DNA of 63,613 bases, the filler included, from Intoshia linei (lineage: Eukaryota > Animalia > Orthonectida): the NCBI GenBank assembly GCA_001642005.1. It is 5 parts of 5 records of this genome, joined end to end, with 100 filler letters (N's around TTAATTAATTAA, not from the genome) between each part and the next. Parts side by side here need not be neighbours in the genome. Positions count along the whole stretch, not along the records: positions 51,779 to 60,583 come from LWCA01001417.1; positions 60,684 to 62,288 come from LWCA01002569.1; positions 62,389 to 63,613 come from LWCA01002718.1; 2 more parts are not named here. One strand, written 5' to 3'. Positions 55,237 to 63,613 of the stretch are shown one piece after another. Under the pieces are notes generated by a model, which did not search any database, was not told where the DNA came from, and worked only from the letters and a program-made list of their open reading frames with translations. Position 1 is the first letter of the stretch, and every line of letters starts with the position of its first letter. Both the position numbers and the translations under genes were made by a program.

Positions 55237-58200
55237 ATGGCGGGAAATTACAGCTTTAATGCTTCTATAGATGCCACCAAATTGCCAGATGAAATTAAAT
55301 GTGTTATTGTTGGAGATGGGTTTATTTATGTTCTTTTATGGATATAACATTATTTTTAGTGGAGTAGGTAAAACATCAATGGTTATTGCTTATACTACCA
55401 GTGCATTTACCGACGAATATGTGCCAACCATGTAGCTTAATATTATTTATTCTTATTTTAATATAGCTTCGACAACTATCGAGCAAATGTTGCCGTCAAC
55501 AATAGTCGTTTTATTAGATTGAGTTTGTGGGACACTGCTGGGCAGGGTGATTATGACAGACTCAGACCTCTGTCTTACCCTGGAACGGTAAATAATAAAT
55601 ATAGCATAGTATCAACCAATTTGCTCAGTCATTGGTACATTGTTTCGTGAGTGATGTTTAGCAATTGAAACTGATTCGAAGGAGATGGGACCAATTTCCA
55701 GTTTCTTTTTGTACGTTCAGAGCATCCTAAGCTTTCTGGTGGCAATATTATGTATTTCAATTGGTTTATTAATACACTCAGACTTGTTGATAGTGAACAT
55801 TTGGTTCCGAATTTTTTTAATGTTCACTATAAAAAAATAATGAACAAAAAAGAAAAATAATTTATTTATATTAGAAAATTAATACATCACTTCTTTCTAA
55901 TCATATAGTTAGAAATATCCCCTAGGTATTTCTTTTTAATTACTATGATTTTTACATCCCGAATTTTTGAAATATTTTCTTGATTATTTTCTATAAAACA
56001 TGAATCTAAGTTTATTTTCTATATAATTAGTTAAGTTCATTATCTAAAGCAGGGGTTCTCAAAATTTTTAAATTTTTTGGTCCATTTTTAATTTTAATTT
56101 TGCTCGCGGACCCCCAAATAAATTAAAGTCTATGTTCTAAATTGAGGTTAAATTAGGATTTCAAACACAGTATCGCTCGTATAATAAAGAAATTGAAAAT
56201 ATTGAATTGAATAATTCAAAATTTTATGTAAACTTGCGGACCCAAGTTTGAGAACCACTGATCTAAAGGGTTCACTATCAACAAGTGTGACAGTATTAAG
56301 AAAAATTACAAGTCCGTTTTTGAAAGAGTCTAGAGAAATTTTTTGTTAAATAAAAGGTTCCTGCGTATCAAATTTAAATGATTATTGATGTCTCATCAAT
56401 AACATTGCATTTATATATCTAAATTTTACTCTTATTCAAACTCTATCATACTTTTAATAATCGTAAAAGTATATAAATAACGTTATGTGGAATTATTCTT
56501 CCCTGTCAAGAAATACGATTTGTAACACCTTCTGAAATTGACATATTCTCTGTAGAACAGCATAATCAACAATATTATTAATATAGCATATATAAAAATT
56601 ATTCCATTTTCAGTATCTAACTTGGCGCAAAATTTTATGTGATCTAGAAAGGGTCGTGGAGAGGGGATATGACCATATGACCCGGACCTAGACTCATGAG
56701 GACCTAATATTCTATTTTCTTAAGTATGTCAAAATTATGATGACCAATGCGATTTACAACGGTTATTTTCAATTTTTAGCAATAAATGATCGATTAAAAA
56801 TATACAATGAATAGACGTCCCAATTTAAAAAAATCTATTGAGGTCCTATCCTAATGTTTTAATCCTATTGCCTGGTTCCACTGATGGCTCTCCACGGCCC
56901 TGATTCTAGATTTATAATTTATATTGTAGTTCTTGAAATTTGTTTATGTGTACCCTGAATGCATTATGTGGCCTCTGACTTATACAAACATTTTGATAAA
57001 TCACATGCAAAATATATAAACTGATTGGTTTTATGAACTTGAAATTGTTTATATTCAATGAACCAGCGGTGCCTAATGTCAATGAGAATAGTACCGATAT
57101 GTTGATTTTTTTAGAATATATTTAAAGTATTATAATTATTAAATTAATATTATCTTATTTTTTAAATTTCACCTTGTAACTTCGTTTTAGTTAAAGTGAC
57201 CAGAAATAATACGTACTATCAATTTTAGTATTTTATCAATTTCATTGTTCATTATATCATAAATATCATTTTTTTAAGTCGAATATCCTTTAAAAAAATA
57301 TTGACTTTATGGCATTTATTGACTTTATAAATTGTTAATTAGCTAATTAATAAACATAATATTGATATCATTATGCTTGTAATTTTGTGCTGATTATTAT
57401 ATAAAAAATGACATTTTGCCATAAAAAACTGCCCTAGTCATGACCTTTAAAAATATTAAAAAGTCCATAAGTGTAAAGGTGTTAACAAAAATATTATAAT
57501 AGAGCAGCAGTAGTTAGGATCCTATCTTTATGCTTACATGTATTATTATTATGTTTATCTTTATGTAGTTATAGTCAAATAAAATGTACTTTCCATCAAC
57601 TCACAAATTGGTTTTTTATATTAAATTCTACACTAACTGTAATAGTAAATAACAAATCATAAATATAGCTTGTCTGTTTTTTTAACACTTATAAACACTA
57701 ACTATTGTAGTTATACCGATGGCGGTATTCCAATTCAGAGTCAAATTTTTTCCACAGATAATTTTCTTAAAGGAATTTTTTTCTTGTACGATAATAAAAT
57801 GGAAAAGTCTCTAGACGATTCAGTTTCTATTCATATCTATATTACAATGATTTTGATAATAAAAATGGTAAATTTTCAATTTAGCAAGTTTTTGCCGTCT
57901 GTTTTTCAGTAGTAAGCTTACAATCTATGCAAAATATAAACAGCAAAGTAATACGCTCTAAAAATTTAGATTATATTTAATTTAGTGGATCCCTGAAATA
58001 AACCATCACTGTGAAGGATGTCCTCGAGTCCTTTTAGGAAACAAAGCTGATTTGCGAGAAAATAAGAGTATAGAACAAGGTTTATCTTAAAAGTTTAATA
58101 CAATACAATACTTGTTTACAGATGCAATTATTCAACGAAAAGATTGCATTAAATTCTCAAAAAAATACAAATTTCATTCGTACCACGATACTTCTTCCAA

Positions 58201-58303
58201 ACACCAGAGCGGTTTAAAAGAAGCCTTCGACTCACTTATTTTGGCTACTCTTGATGGAGACAAAAAAAAAAAATTGTTGGACAGAGCATGTATTTTACTG
58301 TGA
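55237..58303 (+). CDS. RAC1: Rac-type Rho-family small GTPase, 6 exons, 204 aa, CAAX = CILL
   Basis: Exons 55237-55319, 55360-55431, 55467-55587, 57885-57947, 57986-58079 and 58122-58303. Motifs [58 protein letters not shown], polybasic KKKK + CILL. Introns are 40, 35, 2297, 38 and 42 nt, all GT-AG. Confidence 0.92.
56050..56260. mobile_element. hAT MITE nested inside a pogo-like MITE (55775-56293) in Rac intron 3
   Basis: TIRs CAGGGGTTCTCAAA / TTTGAGAACCACTG with perfect TSD ATCTAAAG; second copy begins ~51498. Host element has TIRs CACTCAGACTTGTTGATAGTGAAC / GTTCACTATCAACAAGTGTGACAG with TA flanks. Confidence 0.9.
56650..56902. mobile_element. hAT MITE
   Basis: TIRs AGGGTCGTGGAGAG / CTCTCCACGGCCCTG, flanked by TCTAGA on both sides. 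Confidence 0.7.
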
Positions 58304-59461
58304 AATTATATTACGCATACATTAATGTACACCATACGGACAACCATTGTCTAAATATCCCATTTCTTAATTTTAATAAATATATTAAAGTGTCATTATC
58401 AATGGCGATTTAAATGTTCTATTCTTTAGCAATGAAATCAGTTTCATATTTTAAAAAATAATACATTTCTAATGACTTAAATTTTAAGTTTTTTGTTTTA
58501 TTATATTAAAATTTCGTGAAAAAATCAATAAATGATAAATTATTCAAATCAATGATTATGTCGCTCTAAGACAGTGCTTCTCCTGGGGGTGACTGTGCAC
58601 CCTAAGGGGTGAATACTAAAATTTTAAATAATTGTTGGTGAATAGGGGTGAATGATAAATTTTTAATATATTTTATTCAATTTAGTCAAATATGTGAAAA
58701 AATCAAAATTTTACCAACCCTTAAAGAAAAAATCCCTTTATATTAATATTTTTTTAAAAAATCCAATTTTACCAAACTTTTAGATAAAAAATCCCTCTAT
58801 CAGATCCCAAAAGAAAAAACCCTATTTTACCAACCCTTAAGAAAAAAATTTAAGTCTTAAAAGGATAATCTCTGTAAAATTTATTACAAAATCATAGTAC
58901 TATTCAAAATTGACAGGATAATCAAAATGTTGAATTTGATCTATTGATTTTTTCCTTTACTGTTGGTTAAGATAGTTTTAAATTAACGTTTGAGGACAAT
59001 GTGGGCCAACGATAAAAAATCTAAATAAACAATGTTGTTTTCAAATAATTTGTATTTAAAGGGTTAGTAAAATTCGATTTTTCTTAAAATTAATTAATAG
59101 AAAATGTTTATTTACAGTTAATGTCACATGACCGATGTACATAAAAGCTTGACAAATGGAGTTAAATCAAAATTTAAAAAATAGGTAAGGTAGAAAATAT
59201 TTCATTCATTACTATGTTAATATTTCAAATTTGAAATAATGAACAGTAAAATTAGCAAAACAATTTTATCCAATGCCAAAACTAATGAGAACCTACTACA
59301 AATTTGAAATAATGATATGTAGCTGATGAAAAAATAGTAAAAAGTGTTATGGCGCTCACTGATAGAAATAATAATCAACTAAAGATATTATACTGGGTGT
59401 ATAATTTGAATGAAACATTAAACCGAATGAATTTAAATTTTCGATTGGAAATAAATATTGG

Positions 59462-59885
59462 GGCGAACATTCAGTTGAGCCATGTATTGTTAGAGCGACA
59501 TAATCATCGATTTTACTAATTTATCATATTATTGATTTTTAAAGATAATTTTGGTGCCAAGGTTTGACAAGTTATTTAAAAGAACATTTTTTAAATATTT
59601 TAAATAGAATATTTTTAACATTTCAAGATATCTTCAAAATATCGAAAAAAGTTCCTTAAAACTCCATAAAATCTTTTAAATTAGGTAAAAAAATTCCTTA
59701 AAAACCATACCAAATCTTGCCACCAAAATTATGTTCAAATTCTTTAAAAATTTAATGAAAAAATTTTCCCTAAAGAAACCACAAAAATTGCTTGAAAAAA
59801 TAATGATAAACTAGTAAAATTATGATTGTCGCTTTATGATGTATCGCTCCAACAATACATAGTTCAAATGAATGTAACTCTAGAG
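59462..59885. repeat. Dispersed fold-back repeat with AGAGCGACATAATCATCG termini
   Basis: Inverted arms at 59462-59540 and 59800-59885. The same arm occurs at 5305-5395, 40648-40680, 41325-41350 and 58530-58570. Confidence 0.65.
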
Positions 59886-60292
59886 TCTAGACTCTAACAT
59901 CAACACTGTATGGCAGGGTGACCAACCTATGGCGGATTGGAAATTTTGTTATAAATTAAATTGTAGGATACTGAAAATATAATTTTAAATTGCAAGAATT
60001 CATTTTCTTTCAGTAATCCATGGAAGTGGATAAATAACCTAAAAACTTTCCGAATATACTGGAAAATATTATAAGATAAAGGTAAATCTATTTGTCCCCA
60101 GTTTGAAAATAAAGATGCAAGTAAAAATAAAATAAATAAATTAAGCCAATTTCCAGACTTAAGAAAACAAATGGGTTATAGACTATAACTTATAGTGCTG
60201 ATTATCGCAATTTGGATAAATATATAGAAAAAATCAAGCTAGTGTACCAATCTTGTCAAATAAAATTTCGCGAGAAGACTGCATACTAAGGC

Positions 60293-60583
60293 TGTAGTGT
60301 TTATAAGTTTAATCACCAGTTTAAAATAATCTTGAGTGTATGTTCTAGTGCGATAACGATAATACAGTATTAAATAAAGATATGTTGTTATTGCACTACA
60401 CCTCTCCATTTAAGTTGACGATGTAGTCTTGAAATTTTGAAGGTAATTTTAAGACTCGAGACTTGTATCTAAGTTGTTCTTTAGAAATTTTTGGATCATT
60501 AGATATAAAATTTTCAGCATGATAGGATGCTGATTTTTGAACTTTTTTATCGTAATTGTTTTTCATTTTCAATAAATAATTGT
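60293..60583 (-). mobile_element. LTR retrotransposon 3' end: pol tail + polypurine tract + 108-bp LTR
   Basis: Minus strand reads MKNNYDKK...LRYKSRVLKLPSKFQDYIV (gypsy-like pol C-terminus), then PPT AAATGGAGAGG, then an LTR bounded by TGTAGTG...CACTACA (60400-60293). Truncated by the gap. Confidence 0.75.
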
Positions 60584-61989
60584 NNNNNNNNNNNNNNNNN
60601 NNNNNNNNNNNNNNNNNNNNNNNNNNNTTAATTAATTAANNNNNNNNNNNNNNNNNNNNNNNNNNNNNNNNNNNNNNNNNNNNATAAATATAAAAAAAAT
60701 ATAAATTGAAAATTAATTGTTATGGAAATAATTATTAGTATGAAATTTACTATACAAAATAAATTAAATTTTGCTTATTCATATTTTGAAGTGGTTTGCC
60801 CCAGGGTTTTTTTTAATCCTTTTTATTTAATTTTTTGATAATTGTGTATCATTTAACCTCATCTTACACGTATGGGGTGGCACTTTTGTATTTTCGCAAA
60901 AAAGTGAAAAAATTCACACCTCTAATCACCACACGTCTGGAATGTATGTTTTAATTTAAACTTGTATTATTTTTATATTACCTATGTGAAAATGTATGAA
61001 AATAAAAGAATAAAATTTTTCAAAATGTGTTTATCAGAATACACAGACGTGTGAAATGAAATTGCTGTGTATAGTATAGAATACAAAGACAGTGAAGGGG
61101 TTAAGAAATTTTCCAATATTAGCCCCTCATGATTGTAGGCCCGAATCATATGGCCCTAGCTCCTCTTTAAGACTCTAGATCGAGATCAACTTTTTTGACG
61201 TGGCGTTTCCTATTTTTTTTAGTCACATCTAAGGTACAATTTTAATGTTGATAATGTGTCATTTTTTAAACTTGGAAACTGTCTTGCATCACTCATGACG
61301 ATAACTACTGATATATTCGTTTTGATTCCCCACGTCACGTCTGTTTAAATTTAAAATTAGCAATCTCCCACATGTGCTAAAAATTGGCCCAATTAACTAG
61401 TTAATCTGATTATACTGTAATTTAATTAAAATATATTTGTCATTTGATATTTTTATTTCTACTTACGTTTTTTAAGTGCAACCTGTATTACTAACTGGCA
61501 TCTTTTACTCTTAAACATATTTTTGCTATTTTTGGAATAAACTACATGTATGTAAAAATACATCAATGATATCGATTATATTATTATTATATTCATTTAT
61601 TAATTTTTTCAACATTTTTAGCATTACAAGTAATTCAGAAGATGGTAAACCAGACGAAGATGAAACTGATGATGATTTCTATGATTGTAATTAAGTATAT
61701 AAATTCATCCCCAAAACAATGTGAAAAACATTAATTTCTTCGAATAATGGTATTTTTGAGTTGCCATATAAGTTATTTATGCAATATATGAATGTATTGA
61801 TGTTATAAATGTTGTATGCAAAACTTTATGAAAAATAATTTATCAATTAAAAAAAGAATTAGCAATTAAAATTTTCATGATTAAAAAATTTGTCAAAACT
61901 ATGTGAAAAGTGTATATAAATGCAAAAAAAAAACAATTTATAAATTTAATTTTTTAATTACTAATAATTAAATAGATTCCCACCTTTAT

Positions 61990-62288
61990 TTTCTACAACT
62001 TCAGTTNCTTCCAGCGAGTCCCAAATAATATCAATTTCAGCTTTTAATTCGTCAAGATTACGGTAGAACTTCTGCCAGGGTATAGACAGCGAGCTATTAT
62101 AGCCCATAGATTTTCAATTCGATTACAATCAGGGCTATAAGGTGGCCAATTAAGTACCGATGTGTTATTTTTTATCAAAAAATTCAAAGTTTTAGTAGAA
62201 ACGTAAGGTCTGGCATTATTTTGCATCAATACATACCCGGTTTGATGGAACGGCATATAGGATTTACACAATATATTTGTATAAACGT
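61990..62288 (-). mobile_element. Tc1/mariner (DDE_3) transposase fragment, degenerate
   Basis: MQNNARPYVS...VLNWPPYSPDCNRIENLW matches the Tc1 QDNAPxH...WPxxSPDLNPIENLW motif with the catalytic D lost. Confidence 0.85.
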
Positions 62289-62398
62289 NNNNNNNNNNNN
62301 NNNNNNNNNNNNNNNNNNNNNNNNNNNNNNNNTTAATTAATTAANNNNNNNNNNNNNNNNNNNNNNNNNNNNNNNNNNNNNNNNNNNNATTATTATAT

Positions 62399-62790
62399 TT
62401 GTTGAAAAATGTAACTAACGGTCATGCAGCAGCTAGAATAAACAGACCGTTCATACTCGAAACAGACGCATCAAACTACGGCCTGGAAGCAGTGCTTTTA
62501 CAAGACAATAAAGTAATTCAATTTGCAAGCAAAACTCTAAATGAGACGCAAAGAAAATACGCAACTTTCGACAAGGAATTTCTTGCAATAGTTTGGTCAA
62601 GCACAAAATTTAAACACTATCTACAAGATAGGAAGTTCACAATAATAACGGACCACAAAACTTAAACAAATATCATGAAATCAAAACACCACAGATATAC
62701 AGAAATTGTACAAGAATTTGATTTCGATATAATCTATAGAGCTGGATCAGAAAACATTACAGCTGACTACTTATCACGAACATCTCACGA
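62399..62790 (+). mobile_element. Ty3/gypsy pol fragment (RNase H), pseudogenised
   Basis: PFILETDASNYGLEAVLLQ...FASKTLNETQRKY..DKEFLAIVW...FTIITDHK, then a stop, then QEFDFDIIYRAGSENITADYLSR. Confidence 0.9.
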
Positions 62791-63613
62791 AAATGAATCA
62801 ACTAACGTCTACAACATTAACTTTCATAATCAAGACATATCTTAACAAATTACACCTTATTGGCGTAAACGACAAAAATATAATATACTAGCATGGCAGT
62901 TTTGTACTACGTACAAACAGCACCTAGCTCTGCCGAGGACTCTCTTTTATTATACCAAAAAAATAAATTCACGTTGAAAATCTAACTTAAAAATTCACTA
63001 TTCACTAATATTAATCCTTTGTTTTGTTCTGTTAACATTTGCGTAAATAATTTAAAAACAATTGTTATCCCATTTTTTTAATTTATTAGACAGAATCCTA
63101 ACTTATATAAAAAGCTACGCGATTTTTGTTTGTGTGTGTGTCTGTCTGTGTGTTCAGCTTTATTTAAATAACTAGCGGTCCTAAATTTTTTTAAAGACCA
63201 CATTTCAATTACAGTTTTTTTCGGGACGTATATTAAAATAAATTTTAAACTCCCAATTTCACATGTTAAGGGTCGAAAACCCCAGTTGTCCCTCTTTTTG
63301 AAAATCAAACGAGTTAGAGAACTTAAAACAATATATACGCTGATGCGGATTTTAAAATCATAAACATTATCACAAATTTAAAAAAATTATATCTTCATGG
63401 CCAAAACCACAAATTCCCTTCTTTTCATTTTTTTTGACATTCAAACCCCTCTTTTAAACATTCAAATTTAAATAATAAACTAAACAACGAAAATAAAAAA
63501 ACTTAATTAATATCATTTTTATATTACATCACATCACATTGAAAATGACAAAATAGGTTGTTATAATTTTATTTTTTCTGGAATTTATGCTATTTATGAC
63601 AATTTATAGGATT

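Noticed and set aside
57670-57912. ORF in Rac intron 3 as a Rac1b-like cassette exon
   Set aside because: It would need a 17-nt intron and would disrupt the G domain; no supporting motif.
1-63613. Prokaryotic systems (CRISPR, operons) or an alternative genetic code
   Set aside because: No regularly spaced repeat arrays. Genes are spliced, and the reconstructed exons are stop-free under the standard code, with TAA and TGA used as terminators.

Overview
Eukaryotic, not prokaryotic. This is a very AT-rich animal genomic scaffold with GT-AG introns, many only 35-50 nt, and four artificial 100-nt N gaps. The compact, tiny-intron style resembles reduced parasites such as orthonectids, but the taxon is an unverified inference. 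Genes were reconstructed by splicing by eye. (1) A giant minus-strand nesprin/SYNE-like spectrin-repeat gene of at least 27 kb and about 35 exons, carrying the kinesin-binding LEWD motif but no visible KASH or CH domain. (2) An R3HCC1/R3HCC1L-like gene (R3H + RRM). (3) An intronless XK-related membrane protein. (4) LLPH with a 21-nt microexon. (5) A solitary intact 5S rRNA gene. (6) A PPM1E/F (POPX/FEM-2)-like PP2C lying head-to-head with (7) a divergent Rac-type GTPase. Introns and spacers are packed with non-autonomous hAT, pogo/Tc1, piggyBac-like and Helitron elements plus gypsy remnants. Most interesting leads: the POPX-Rac divergent pair, with a Rac carrying natural substitutions at activating positions; a possible 23-nt micro-intron switching the nesprin C-terminus; an introner-like TIR element with perfect GT..AG ends; and repeated hAT insertion into the same TCTAGA site of another repeat.
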